Below, piece by piece: positions 9,711 through 20,000 of a stretch of 64,000 bases of DNA (positions within the stretch are counted from its first letter, which is position 1; each line of letters opens with the position of its first letter). The position numbers were made by a program, and so were the translations under genes. Below the pieces are notes generated by a model. That model saw only the letters and a list, made by a program, of their open reading frames with translations, was not told the DNA's origin and made no database searches. The stretch is from Candidatus Poribacteria bacterium (GTDB lineage Bacteria > Poribacteria > WGA-4E > PCPOR2b): the NCBI GenBank assembly GCA_965218095.1, contig OZ244587.1, positions 4,064,001-4,128,000 on the forward strand, in the 5' to 3' direction.

Positions 9711-10795
9711 CAGTTTCTTTTATTTTCCAGACGGTAAAAAAGCAGAATAATCCCACAACCCACCAGAAACACCAGGACCGTGATCAGCAGATTCATGTTA
9801 ATTTGCGGGAGAATATGAGCGATGTCGATGCGCTCGCCGCCAATCATCTCATAACTTCGGAAGGGCCAGAGTCCGTACAGTGAGCCGACCATCAGCCCAA
9901 TTAAGAAGGATACCGTGAAATCGTGATGGCGCTCAAGAACATAGTTTAGCAGTCGGGTGAACGCCAACAGTCCGAGTCCGCAGCCAAAAGCGACGACCAT
10001 TAACACAAGCCAGTCTCTATCGTTAACGGCAGCCAGTATATCGAAGTAGACGTCCAACAGAAGGAAGATAAACGAGCCACTGATGCCCGGAAGGATCATC
10101 GCTGAAATGGCGATGGCTCCGCAAAGGAACAGATAAAGCAGCCGACCAGCGGAGTGATTTGCGCTTGTTGAGGTGTCTGGTAGAGTAACAGTGGAGGCTT
10201 CCGCTCCTGTGACCGTATTGCTGCTATGCAAGTTGGTGGTTGAGCGACTTTCCTTCAGTTCGTGCTTTTTTCGCTCATTTTCCAGTCTTTTTTCTTCACT
10301 CATACTCAGTGCCAGCCCTACCGTCAAAGCCGCGGCAAGGAGAAGGGAGATCAGTTCTTTAGCGGTGAAGTGTCTCACCATTTTAAAGGGAATGATAACG
10401 GAGGTCAGCACCAATCCACAAAAAAAGCCGTAGGTCGGATCATGTTGCTCATTAAGCAGATAAATAATCAGTTTGGCTGACACGACAATCGCAGCCACCG
10501 CGCCAATGGCGATGGCTGTCAAAAATCCAAAATCGATGCGATGTAATTCGGTGCGTGCTTCAGAGATAGCCTCCTTTTTTAGTGTGATAACAGCCAAGAG
10601 TTTTTGAGCCGTTGAAAATCCAATGTGGTGCAAGGCGTGAATCAGGCGCTCATAAATGCCAAGCACAATCGCCATGGTGCCGCCGCTCACGCCTGGAATG
10701 ATGTTTGCGATGCCGATAAAACACCCCTTAACAACGAGATTGAAATAAAGCAAATCTCTTCTCCATTTTTGGCTAAAACTGTATGTTTTCATCAT
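9710..10795 (-). CDS. DUF368 membrane protein (undecaprenyl-phosphate translocase family)
   Basis: GIANIIPGVSGGTMA..LGIYERLI and AISAMILPGISGS repeat motifs; multiple transmembrane helices. Confidence 0.9.
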   Translation of the reverse strand: MMKTYSFSQKWRRDLLYFNLVVKGCFIGIANIIPGVSGGTMAIVLGIYERLIHALHHIGFSTAQKLLAVITLKKEAISEARTELHRIDFGFLTAIAIGAVAAIVVSAKLIIYLLNEQHDPTYGFFCGLVLTSVIIPFKMVRHFTAKELISLLLAAALTVGLALSMSEEKRLENERKKHELKESRSTTNLHSSNTVTGAEASTVTLPDTSTSANHSAGRLLYLFLCGAIAISAMILPGISGSFIFLLLDVYFDILAAVNDRDWLVLMVVAFGCGLGLLAFTRLLNYVLERHHDFTVSFLIGLMVGSLYGLWPFRSYEMIGGERIDIAHILPQINMNLLITVLVFLVGCGIILLFYRLENKRN

Positions 10796-11546
10796 TCAGC
10801 CAGGCTGTTAATGGCTCGATGAGGTCGTGGGCTGTAAAGTCAAGCTGAACGGGAGTAATCGAAACGCGCTGATTGCGAATCGCATGAAGGTCTGTATCCT
10901 CTCCCTGATCGATTTGGGCGCGTTCACCACCAATCCAGTAGTACAGTCGTCCTCGCTGATCCAGCCGCTTAATCGCATTGGCGCTGTAAGTCCCGAGATC
11001 TTGCCGCGTCATCTCGATCCCTTTAATCTGCGAAAGTGGATAATTCGGCACATTAATATTGAGCAGGATCTGGTCCGGCATCCCACTAGCGATTACCTGC
11101 TTGGCAATGCGACACACAATTGCTGCTGCCGTCTCATAGTGCATTGCAGGGGTCGGTTCCTGTGCCTGCTCTAAGGCAAGTGAAACCGCAATCGATGGAA
11201 TTCCCAAAAAAGTTCCTTTTTTCGCTGCTGCAATCGTGCCTGAAAAGTGAATATCGCTTCCGATATTTTGTCCCTGGTTGATGCCAGAAACCAGTAATTT
11301 TGGACGTTTGGGAAGCAGGGTGCTGATGGCGAGGTCTACGCAATCGACAGGCGTGCCATCAACCGAAAAGGCATGATCTGCAACTTGTGTGGCTCTCAGT
11401 GGACGATGGAGCGTGATTGCCATTCCGATGGCGCTGCGCTCCCGATCTGGTGCCACAACATAAACCTCGTCAAGGCTTCCAAGCACCTCCACCAGGGTTT
11501 TCAAACCCGGTGCTTCAATTCCATCGTCGTTGGTTACAAAGATCAT
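10773..11546 (-). CDS. surE: 5'/3'-nucleotidase SurE
   Basis: VTNDDGI, VVAP, DGTPVDCV, SGINQGQNIG, SGTIAAA, SITP motifs. Confidence 0.96.
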   Translation of the reverse strand: MIFVTNDDGIEAPGLKTLVEVLGSLDEVYVVAPDRERSAIGMAITLHRPLRATQVADHAFSVDGTPVDCVDLAISTLLPKRPKLLVSGINQGQNIGSDIHFSGTIAAAKKGTFLGIPSIAVSLALEQAQEPTPAMHYETAAAIVCRIAKQVIASGMPDQILLNINVPNYPLSQIKGIEMTRQDLGTYSANAIKRLDQRGRLYYWIGGERAQIDQGEDTDLHAIRNQRVSITPVQLDFTAHDLIEPLTAWLNDENIQF

Positions 11547-11747
11547 ATCTTAATACCCAATGATTCGGCATTCGTTGCAGGCAGACAAGAGGCGGCAAGT
11601 TCTCATAGATCTGTGCTCGCCTAAGTAATATGAAAATGCGGCGGAGGATGATCATTATAAAACATCTGAATAATTATTCCGTAAAATCTGCATATTTCAG
11701 GCATCAGTTCCTCTGGCATATCTATCGTCACCAATCGCAACGTAAAG

Positions 11748-12977
11748 CTAAATCACCAGCTTCGCAAACCGCCGCTTCCCGACTTGTAAGATAGTTCCAC
11801 TGCGCAAAGTGACTTCAAAAGACGGATCCGCGACTCTTTCGCCATCGAGGCGAACTCCGCCTTGCTGCACCAATCGTCTAGCTTCGCTGGAGCTTCCGGC
11901 AAATCCGGACTGTTGTATCAGATAGGCAATCCAGATCTTACCATCAGTGAGAGCGGAAGACGGGATAACGACTTCGGGGAGATCTTCGGGGAGTTGCCCA
12001 TCCCGATGAACCCGGTCAAACTCGACTTCAGCCGCGTATGCGGCATCTGAATTGTGGTAGATTGACACGATTTCACGAGCGAGTTTCTGCTTGACCGCCT
12101 TGGGGTGCAGACCTCCATCTGAGAGTCCCGCTTCAAGCTTGTGAATCTCGTCAAGCGGTACATCCGTTGCTAACTCAAAGTAGGTGGACATCAACTCGTC
12201 AGAAATGGACATCAACTTGGCATACATGTCATCAGGAGGTTCGTCAATTCCAACGTAGTTCCCTAGTGATTTGCTCATTTTTTCAACCCCATCAAGTCCG
12301 ACCAGTAAGGGCATCAGCAGCGTAACCTGGGGCTCTTGTCCGTGAGCACGTTGGAGGTCGCGCCCCATCAAGATATTGAATTTCTGATCTGTCCCACCCA
12401 TTTCAATGTCCGCTTCTAAAGCGACGGAATCGTATCCCTGACAGATCGGGTAGAGGAGCTCGTGCACCCCAATCGAAGCCCCAGTTTGAAGTCGATTTGT
12501 AAAATCATCTCTTTCCAGGATTCTTGCGACAGTTGTCCGGGCACTGAGCTTGATGACATCCGCAAAAGACATTTTGTTGAGCCACTCGCTATTGAAAACG
12601 ACACGAGTTTTATCCGCATCCAGGAGCTGACAATATTGTTCTGCATAGGTTCTGGCGTTGTGCTTAACCTCTTCCACTGTAAGCTGTGGACGCGTCTTCG
12701 ATTTGCCACTTGGATCACCGATGGTCGCTGTAAAATCACCAATGATAAGAATCACTTCGTGCCCGAGGTCTTGAAACTGGCGGAGCTTACGTAGAACAAC
12801 TGCAATGCCGAGGTGAATATCCGGCGCCGTTGGATCTAATCCGAGTTTGATACGGAGAGAGCGCTGATGTGCTTTGGCTGTCTCCAGTTTTTGAGAAAGT
12901 TCGGCTTCTGAGATAATCTCTGCGGCCCCTCTGCGGATGAGCGATACCTGTTCTTCTATGCTTAATTTTGTATGCAT
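11748..12977 (-). CDS. tyrS: Tyrosine--tRNA ligase
   Basis: GLDPTAPDIHLG (HIGH-like), GGTDQKFN, KMSKS, C-terminal S4 domain. Confidence 0.97.
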   Translation of the reverse strand: MHTKLSIEEQVSLIRRGAAEIISEAELSQKLETAKAHQRSLRIKLGLDPTAPDIHLGIAVVLRKLRQFQDLGHEVILIIGDFTATIGDPSGKSKTRPQLTVEEVKHNARTYAEQYCQLLDADKTRVVFNSEWLNKMSFADVIKLSARTTVARILERDDFTNRLQTGASIGVHELLYPICQGYDSVALEADIEMGGTDQKFNILMGRDLQRAHGQEPQVTLLMPLLVGLDGVEKMSKSLGNYVGIDEPPDDMYAKLMSISDELMSTYFELATDVPLDEIHKLEAGLSDGGLHPKAVKQKLAREIVSIYHNSDAAYAAEVEFDRVHRDGQLPEDLPEVVIPSSALTDGKIWIAYLIQQSGFAGSSSEARRLVQQGGVRLDGERVADPSFEVTLRSGTILQVGKRRFAKLVI

Positions 12978-13148
12978 GTTGAATTCCCCGATACCTTCTT
13001 TTTTTCTGGGGTGGTTTAGCTCCGTATAGAATTTTGGGGTGCAAGATTGCCCGGAGACCTTACAAAAAGTGGATTACTGGCTCCAGACCCGGGCTGAATG
13101 AAACAAATGAACCAGGATGATGTTGTGTTTTGATCAATGTGTTGGCTA

Positions 13149-13178
13149 ATTATACTACAGATTGAACGATAGAGTCAA
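13149..13178 (-). promoter_or_regulatory. Putative sigma70 promoter for tyrS
   Basis: Minus strand TTGACT-N18-TATAAT. Confidence 0.5.
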
Positions 13179-13283
13179 CTGATGATTTCGTTCCAAATTT
13201 GGAAGAGTCACAGGTAGGCGACAACAGTACAGGGGTTAATCAATCATAGCCATCTATGCGCCACATGATGCAAAATTATAGAC

Positions 13284-13312
13284 TTGACAAAAAATCGTAT
13301 CTCCTTTAGAAT
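13284..13312 (+). promoter_or_regulatory. Putative sigma70 promoter for the STAS/phosphatase genes
   Basis: TTGACA-N17-TAGAAT. Confidence 0.65.
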
Positions 13313-13536
13313 AGAGATTACCATAAGAGAACAGGAAATCAACATCCCACTTAACATGACGTCGTTAAATCTGGATTTTCTGCTGACCGGCGCGGTTGTG
13401 TCAACTACGGACTAAAATTGGCGCGCATTAAAGCTGGGGAAATTTCCTGAAAATCATGGTCATGATTATTGCTGTAATCCCCAATCTCCGCAAGATCTAA
13501 TTGCGAAATTGAGATAAACAGATAGGAGGAAAGCTA

Positions 13537-13887
13537 ATGGCTGTCGACATTCGTCAAAGAGATGATGTAGTCATCTTAAAACCCAGTGGCAAAATTATTG
13601 GAAGGGCTGTCCGCGATCTCAGCAAGGCGATTAATGAGGAAAGTGCAAAGGCCTCCGATTCGCCGAAATTTTTATTTGATTTTGCCGATGTTTCAATGAT
13701 GGACAGTTCCGGACTTGGAACGCTAATGGGAGCGCACGTATCCATTGCGAAGAAAGGTGGGCGGATTGCCGTCATCAACGTTGGCGAGAAGAACATCAAG
13801 AACCTCATTATTCGGAGTCGATTGATCTCTACCTTTGAACATTTCGATAGTGAGGACGAAGCAATTGCCGCGCTTACCAGCGGATAG
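13537..13887 (+). CDS. STAS-domain anti-sigma factor antagonist
   Basis: DFADVSMMDSSGLGTL phosphorylation-site motif; strong RBS AGGAGG. Confidence 0.92.
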   Translation: MAVDIRQRDDVVILKPSGKIIGRAVRDLSKAINEESAKASDSPKFLFDFADVSMMDSSGLGTLMGAHVSIAKKGGRIAVINVGEKNIKNLIIRSRLISTFEHFDSEDEAIAALTSG

Positions 13888-13932
13888 CAATTGACGTTCT
13901 CAAATGTGAAGCATAATGAGTGATGAGTAAAA

Positions 13933-14053
13933 TTAAGTAATTTTCAGGATTAAACTATATATTCCGTTTGTAGTAGCGCAATTCATTGCGCGTTTGGGAC
14001 GGCGATGAATCGCCTCACTACAAACCATTACTTTCTTTTTGAAAATTACTTAA
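13933..14053. repeat. MITE/REPIN-like element: 14-bp terminal inverted repeats enclosing a GTAG-type REP doublet
   Basis: TTAAGTAATTTTCA (13933-13946) and TGAAAATTACTTAA (14040-14053) are perfect inverted repeats. Inside is GTTTGTAGTAGCGCAATTCATTGCGC...GGCGATGAATCGCCTCACTACAAAC. Confidence 0.75.
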
Positions 14054-14086
14054 CATCTTACTCGTTACTTTAACAAGGGCCTTAAG

Positions 14087-15910
14087 ATGCAGACTGCTTC
14101 TGCTAAAGAAACCATACAGCGGCTGATTCTGAGTTTGTCTGAGATTGGACGGGTTGGTAAAGCCATCGTTTCCGGGCAGAGCAACTTTGGTGCATCAAGC
14201 CAGACCTATCTGCGGATAGTTCTCAAGACATTGCAGGTGACCAAGGGGGCCATGTTGCGCTTCAATCCGGCAGAGAGTCAGCTTGCCATTGAATCATCAA
14301 TTAATATCGCGGATGAGTCTGTGAATGAATCGTTGGTCATTCCGATTACGTCCGATGAAATCAGTATCATGCTTCAATTCTCCCCCCTTGATGTTTCCCA
14401 ACCGCCTTCCCCTCTGAAATCGTTTCTGGCTGAGATTCAGCCACAGTTGCAGGCTCTGAATGCAACCCTCTGGGCACCATTAAAGATTCACGAGGAATTT
14501 CTAGGCGTTATCAGTCTTGGCAAATTTTTCGACGGTTCTGAAGACACAAGGTGGTCTCGAGAGCTATTAAATGTCCTCGCTGACCATATCTCAATCGCTA
14601 TTGCGCATTCACGCTCTCAAGAAGAGATGCACGCCGCCAAATTCCACCTCTTCATGCTTTCCGACACAACCGCCCAACTTGCCAAACTGTTGGACACGGA
14701 AAGGTTGGAGGAAGAGGTGGTCAATCATGCCGTCAGTCTCTTAGACGCCGGTGCAGGCTGCCTGATGCTTATTAATCCAATCACACAGCGGCTTGAGATG
14801 AAAAGCCATTTCGCTCTTGATTCACAACTTCCTCCCGAACTGAAAGACCTCTCAATCCCTCTCAAAGCCGACCGAGAGGTTCACCCAACGCTTCCTATGC
14901 TTTGCAAGGTGGCGGCCGAGGGCAAAACGCAGATCCGCAACGATGACACGGCCGCACTGTTCGGCAGAAAGAATCTTATAGCAGCGCCAATTTTCGGACG
15001 TGACATTCTTGGGGTGTTAGTTGTATGCGATAAGGAGGGAAAGGGTGGCGTAACACTGGTGGAATTTGCCGAAGAAGATGGAATCCTGCTTGAAGCCTTC
15101 GCCACTCAAGCGGGGGTAGCCATTGAAAATGCACAGCTTTACCAGGAAGCCATCGAGAAGCGCCGATTACAAGCGGAGTTGGAAGAAGCGGCAAAAATTC
15201 AGGAGAATCTCCTCCCAGAGGCGCCGCCCGAGATCCCGGGCTACGAGATCGCCGGGATGAGCATACCTCGCCGCGATGGGGTTGGCGGGGACTACTTCGA
15301 TTACATTCAGGAGCCAGATGGTTCGTGGGGATTCGTCATCGCCGATATTGCCGGCAAAGGTATGCAGGCGGCATTGTTGGTAGCGACGTTGCGTGCGGGC
15401 TTGCGCTCAGAGATAATCAAACAAAACGACTTATCGAGTATGGCGATGGCGCTGAATTCCCTTATTCATGAAAGCAGTCCAGTCGATAGATACGCAACGC
15501 TCTTCTACGCGCGGTTGCATCCAGAGACAGGCGCACTCACCTCACTGAATGCGGGGCACAACTTTCCACTGGTCATGCGGCAGGATGGCAGCTTACAACA
15601 GTTGGAGGCTGGCGGCTTGATGGTCGGCATGTATCCTGACGACATGCTCCGTCAGATTGTGGAATATGAACAGGAAACTACTCAACTTTGCAGTGGGGAC
15701 ACGGTTCTGTTTTACACCGATGGCGTGACCGAAACGATGAATATCGGCGGCGAGACATATGACGAAGAGCGCTTGGAGGAACTCGTGAAGCAACTGCGGC
15801 ATGCAGACGCCAGCGAAATCTGCACGGAAATTTACAACTCGGTGATAGAATTTCAGGGAGAAGCCCAGCGGTTTGATGATCTGACGCTGGTGGTGCTAAA
15901 GAAAAAATGA
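14087..15910 (+). CDS. GAF-GAF-PP2C (SpoIIE/RsbU-type) serine phosphatase
   Basis: Two GAF-like segments (FATQAGVAIENAQLY), then VGGDYFD, IADIAGKG, NAGHN, YTDGVTE, DDLT. Confidence 0.92.
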   Translation: MQTASAKETIQRLILSLSEIGRVGKAIVSGQSNFGASSQTYLRIVLKTLQVTKGAMLRFNPAESQLAIESSINIADESVNESLVIPITSDEISIMLQFSPLDVSQPPSPLKSFLAEIQPQLQALNATLWAPLKIHEEFLGVISLGKFFDGSEDTRWSRELLNVLADHISIAIAHSRSQEEMHAAKFHLFMLSDTTAQLAKLLDTERLEEEVVNHAVSLLDAGAGCLMLINPITQRLEMKSHFALDSQLPPELKDLSIPLKADREVHPTLPMLCKVAAEGKTQIRNDDTAALFGRKNLIAAPIFGRDILGVLVVCDKEGKGGVTLVEFAEEDGILLEAFATQAGVAIENAQLYQEAIEKRRLQAELEEAAKIQENLLPEAPPEIPGYEIAGMSIPRRDGVGGDYFDYIQEPDGSWGFVIADIAGKGMQAALLVATLRAGLRSEIIKQNDLSSMAMALNSLIHESSPVDRYATLFYARLHPETGALTSLNAGHNFPLVMRQDGSLQQLEAGGLMVGMYPDDMLRQIVEYEQETTQLCSGDTVLFYTDGVTETMNIGGETYDEERLEELVKQLRHADASEICTEIYNSVIEFQGEAQRFDDLTLVVLKKK

Positions 15911-16114
15911 AACGTGAGGCGTAATGCGAGCGAATACACGGGTATGACCACCTAATTTTTTGTCTCTTCAAATCCGGAAAATGCTCGGCGTGGATTGCCA
16001 AATCCACGCCAGAACCGTCGGATTTGGCAATTTCGGCTTCGCAGAATTCTCGGCGAAGCCCGAACTAACGGGAGCCTTGAAGGCGGAAATGTACTTCTCA
16101 GATAGGCTCTTAAT

Positions 16115-16458
16115 GAAGGCGCCGCACAGTTTTTGAGAATCTATCTGACAGAGGCCGGCTATCACGTTGAATATGCCAAAGATGGAGAGGAAGCCGTTGC
16201 CAAAGGCTGACTCAAACGCCTTCTTTAATCATTCTTGATCTGATGATGCCTCAGGTAGATGGGTTCCAGGTCATTAAACATCTAGCCAGCGAACCTAAAG
16301 CCCGTGACATCCCGATTATTATCTGCACGGCGATGGACCTCAGTGATGAAGCAAGAGATCAACTCAATGGTCAAATTCAGTCGGTTATTCAAAAGACAGA
16401 TCATGTCAAAGAAGAATTGTTAGCGGCGATTAAACGAATCGAGCGCTTTCGACACTGA
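16115..16458 (+). pseudogene. Internally deleted paralogous remnant of the two receiver domains of the downstream hybrid kinase
   Basis: 16115-16207 matches ~18410-18500 (EGAAQ..IYLTEAGY.VEYA.DGEEA.AK). 16210-16455 matches ~18873-19112 (LIILD.MMPQ.DGFQVIK.LAS...IPIIICTAMDLSDE...LNGQIQS.IQKT..VKEELLAAI.RIERFR). The frame is broken. Confidence 0.85.
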
Positions 16459-16480
16459 AAATGATAGGAGATGAACAACC

Positions 16481-19147
16481 ATGACTATTCCTGCCAACAC
16501 CACTGAGCGCGACCGTTTTTTTACCCTCTCGCTGGATATGCTGTGTATCGCCGGTTTCGACGGTTACTTCAAGGAACTGAACCCAATGTGGGAAAAAACG
16601 CTCGGCTTCACAGTTGAGGAACTTAAAGCAAAGTCCTTCATCGAGTTTGTTCACCCTGAAGACCAGGAAGCGACAATTGCTGAAGCCCAGAAGGTCATGA
16701 CAACCGGCAAAGACGTCGTTTCCTTTGAAAATCGCTACCTGTGCAAAGACGGTTCGTATAAGTGGATCTTATGGAGTTCAACGGTATCCGTCGAAGAGCA
16801 GTTGTATTATGCCGTTGCACGAGACATTACCGAACGTAAGCAAGCAGAAGCCTACTACCGTGACCTGTACGAAAACGCGCCGGATATGATGGCAGTCGTT
16901 GATTTAGTTACCGGAAAGATTTTAGAATGTAACCAAACCCTTGCGGATGTTATAGGTCGCGGCAAAGAGGAGATTACGGGCAGTTCCTTCTTGGATCTGT
17001 ATGCCCCTGTCTCGAGAGAGGCTGCGCGACAAACGTCCTTGGCCTTCGTTGAAACAGGCAAAATTATCAGGCAGGAACGGATCCTTCGCCGGGCGGATGG
17101 CAGCACGATTGACGTGCTTCTGCAAGCGACACCGATGCGCGACGAAACCGGCAAGATTGTCGCGAGTCGGTCAACGTGGCGGGACGTCACCAAACAGAAG
17201 CAGACGGAAAAGGCACTGGCTTCCCAAGAAGCGCTCTATCGTACGCTCATTGAAGCAGCACCACAGGTAATTTGGGTTGCAGACGCTGATGGTCAGGTTA
17301 CCCTTCTAAACAAAGCCTGGCATGAATTTTCCGGGCGCACAGCGAAGGAATCATTAGGAACCCGGTGGGCAGAAGCATTGCACCCGGACGATCTTCCGGC
17401 GGTAATCGCAAAATGGAAATGCGCATACAAGCACGGCGAGACATACAGCGGTGAGTGCCGGTTTCGAGCCAAAGATGGTTCCTATCAAACTTTTATTTTT
17501 ATTGGCACCCCTGTTCGGGACAATTCGGGGAACATTATCAATTGGGTCGGTATTAACACTGACATCGCCGATCGGGTGAAAACTGAGATGGCATTGCAGG
17601 AAGCCAAAGAAGCCGCTGAGTACGCAAACCGCACCAAGAGCGAATTTCTCGCCACCATGAGTCACGAACTCCGCACGCCGTTAAACGCGATTATTGGATT
17701 TTCACAGATCCTGCGTGATGAAATCCTGGCCTCCATTACCAACGAGCAGAAAGAACTCGTTCTCGATATCCATACCAGTGGACAACACCTGCTCAACATG
17801 ATTAACGATATCCTGGATCTGTCAAAAATCGAGGCGGGTAAAATGGAGTTACAGATCGAGACCTTCTCCGTTGAGGAGGCGTTGGAAGAAGTCAATACGA
17901 TTATTAACACCCTCGCAAACCAAAAACAGATTCAACTCTCTCTTGAATTTGATCAAGATGTCACAATGGAAGCGGATAAGGTCAAGTTCAAGCAGATTCT
18001 CTACAATCTGCTTTCCAATGCCGTCAAGTTCACCAGTGAAGGCGGGGAGGTCACCACAAAATTTGAGGTTTCTGGTTCGGAGTTGTTGGGCCGTGTGACT
18101 GATACAGGCGTAGGCATTTCGCCGGCAGACCAGGAGAAGTTATTTCAACCCTTCACACAACTTGACGCTTCAAAGGGCCGCACACACAGCGGTACTGGCT
18201 TGGGACTTGCGTTGACCAGGCGACTGGTTGAATTGCATGGGGGAAAAATTTGGGTTGAGAGTGAGGAAGGAAAAGGGAGTATCTTCCTGTTCACATTCCC
18301 GTTACGCCAACAGGGGTATGCGGCTGAGGTGACTGCGCCAGAGACTGTGACCTCCGAAATCGCTTTGTCTCTTGGTAATAACCGCACCATCCTAGTTGCT
18401 GAAGACGACGAAGGTGCCGCACAACTTCTGGGAATTTATCTGACAGAGGCAGGCTATCAGGTGGAATATGCCACAGATGGGGAGGAGGCCATAGCCAAAG
18501 CCACGGAAATTCGTCCATTTGCAATTACTCTCGACGTTCTACTGCCGAAGAAAGATGGCTGGCAGGTTCTCAAGGAACTGAAAACGAGTCCAAATCTTCA
18601 ATCAATTCCGGCGATCATCGTTTCGGTGACAGAAGACCGTCAATTGGCGTTTGGACTAGGGGCGGTTGACTATCTGGTCAAACCAATTGATAAGGAAGCG
18701 CTTCTGGCTTCACTCGCATCCCTGAGACTGCCCGGGCGGGGTGGGGTGCCTCGCATCCTCATCGTCGATGACGATCCGCAGACAGTTCGATTGTTATCCA
18801 CTGTGCTGACGCATGAGGGATATGAGGTGCTCAAAGCCTATAGTGGAGATGAAGCGATTGAAAAAGGGATCTGTCAATCGCCTGATCTGATCATTCTTGA
18901 CATGATGATGCCTCAGATGGATGGCTTCCAGGTCATTAAGCGTCTAGCCAGCCACCCACAAGCCTGTGAGATTCCAATTATTATCTGCACGGCGATGGAC
19001 CTCAGCGACGAAGAGAAAGATCGGCTCAATGGTCAAATTCAGTCAATTATTCAAAAGACCGGGCGTGTCAAAGAAGAATTGTTAGCGGCGATTAGAAGGA
19101 TCGAGCGTTTTCGAGCGCTAACACAGAAAGAGGAGGTCCACGCATGA
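16481..19147 (+). CDS. Hybrid sensor histidine kinase (3xPAS/PAC-HisKA-HATPase-2xREC)
   Basis: PAS/PAC repeats (VHPED, LHPDD, RDITERK); H-box FLATMSHELRTPLN; N-box NLLSNAVKFT; G boxes DTGVG and GTGLGL; two receiver domains. Confidence 0.95.
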   Translation: MTIPANTTERDRFFTLSLDMLCIAGFDGYFKELNPMWEKTLGFTVEELKAKSFIEFVHPEDQEATIAEAQKVMTTGKDVVSFENRYLCKDGSYKWILWSSTVSVEEQLYYAVARDITERKQAEAYYRDLYENAPDMMAVVDLVTGKILECNQTLADVIGRGKEEITGSSFLDLYAPVSREAARQTSLAFVETGKIIRQERILRRADGSTIDVLLQATPMRDETGKIVASRSTWRDVTKQKQTEKALASQEALYRTLIEAAPQVIWVADADGQVTLLNKAWHEFSGRTAKESLGTRWAEALHPDDLPAVIAKWKCAYKHGETYSGECRFRAKDGSYQTFIFIGTPVRDNSGNIINWVGINTDIADRVKTEMALQEAKEAAEYANRTKSEFLATMSHELRTPLNAIIGFSQILRDEILASITNEQKELVLDIHTSGQHLLNMINDILDLSKIEAGKMELQIETFSVEEALEEVNTIINTLANQKQIQLSLEFDQDVTMEADKVKFKQILYNLLSNAVKFTSEGGEVTTKFEVSGSELLGRVTDTGVGISPADQEKLFQPFTQLDASKGRTHSGTGLGLALTRRLVELHGGKIWVESEEGKGSIFLFTFPLRQQGYAAEVTAPETVTSEIALSLGNNRTILVAEDDEGAAQLLGIYLTEAGYQVEYATDGEEAIAKATEIRPFAITLDVLLPKKDGWQVLKELKTSPNLQSIPAIIVSVTEDRQLAFGLGAVDYLVKPIDKEALLASLASLRLPGRGGVPRILIVDDDPQTVRLLSTVLTHEGYEVLKAYSGDEAIEKGICQSPDLIILDMMMPQMDGFQVIKRLASHPQACEIPIIICTAMDLSDEEKDRLNGQIQSIIQKTGRVKEELLAAIRRIERFRALTQKEEVHA

Positions 19148-19515
19148 GCGCCAAACGGATTTTAGTAGTCGAGGACATAGAAATGAATCGAAAGGTTGTG
19201 CGAATTGTACTAAAGGCGAAGGGGTACGAAGTGCTTGAAGCGGCTAATGCGGAAGAGGCGCTCGCGATATTACAAGCAGAGCCGCCGGATCTGATTCTGA
19301 TGGATATCGCCCTTCCCGGCATAGGTGGGGCAGACTTAACCCGGCAGATTAAAGCCAGCCCCCAATGGCGTCATCTGCCAATCATTGCTTTAACCGCTTC
19401 GGCGATGAAAGGCGATCGGGAGCAGTTCCTCAACGCAGGCTGTGATGATTATATCAGCAAGCCAGTGGATACCCGCGCACTTGTAGAGTTGGTCGCACAG
19501 TATGTTTCACCATAG
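19144..19515 (+). CDS. Single-domain response regulator (DivK/CheY-like)
   Basis: ILVVED, DLILMDI, IIALTA, GCDDYISKP; ATGA overlap with the kinase stop codon. Confidence 0.93.
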   Translation: MSAKRILVVEDIEMNRKVVRIVLKAKGYEVLEAANAEEALAILQAEPPDLILMDIALPGIGGADLTRQIKASPQWRHLPIIALTASAMKGDREQFLNAGCDDYISKPVDTRALVELVAQYVSP

Positions 19516-19628
19516 TGTTGAAGGATTTTGGCGTTCAGGGTACCAGTAGTAGTTTCTGTTGATTAAAGTTATTGACTTCCGGTCAAATGCGGTGATAAAC
19601 TGTCTCAATTTCAAGCAGGGAGTAGATT

Positions 19629-19967
19629 ATGGAGATTTCAGTCAAGTATCAAAAAGACAACGCCATCCTCAGAGTTTCCGGTAGTATTCTTGGTGATGAT
19701 CGAATCAAGTTGAACGAGAAGATTCAGGGATTGGTTGATGGAGGCGCCAAAAACATCCTGCTGAATCTCAAGGATGTTGGATTGATGGATAGTGTGGGGT
19801 TAGGAATGCTGGTTGCGTTGCGTGCTTCGTTGATACGGCGTGAGGTGCGGCTTGTGCTCTCAAACGTTGACAAATCTGTCAAATCACTATTACTCATTAC
19901 CAAGCTCAATAATGTTTTCGATCTGTACGATACCGAAGATAAGGCGTTAGCTGATCTGTCATCATAA
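19629..19967 (+). CDS. STAS-domain anti-sigma factor antagonist
   Basis: LNLKDVGLMDSVGLGML; LLITKL..VFDLYD. Confidence 0.92.
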   Translation: MEISVKYQKDNAILRVSGSILGDDRIKLNEKIQGLVDGGAKNILLNLKDVGLMDSVGLGMLVALRASLIRREVRLVLSNVDKSVKSLLLITKLNNVFDLYDTEDKALADLSS

Positions 19968-20000
19968 AATGTGTTGCGTTTCCGTAAAGGAATGAGAAAA

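Noticed and set aside
12978-13150. T-box riboswitch upstream of tyrS
   Set aside because: No T-box consensus (GGTGGNACCGCG) or terminator/antiterminator visible on the minus strand.
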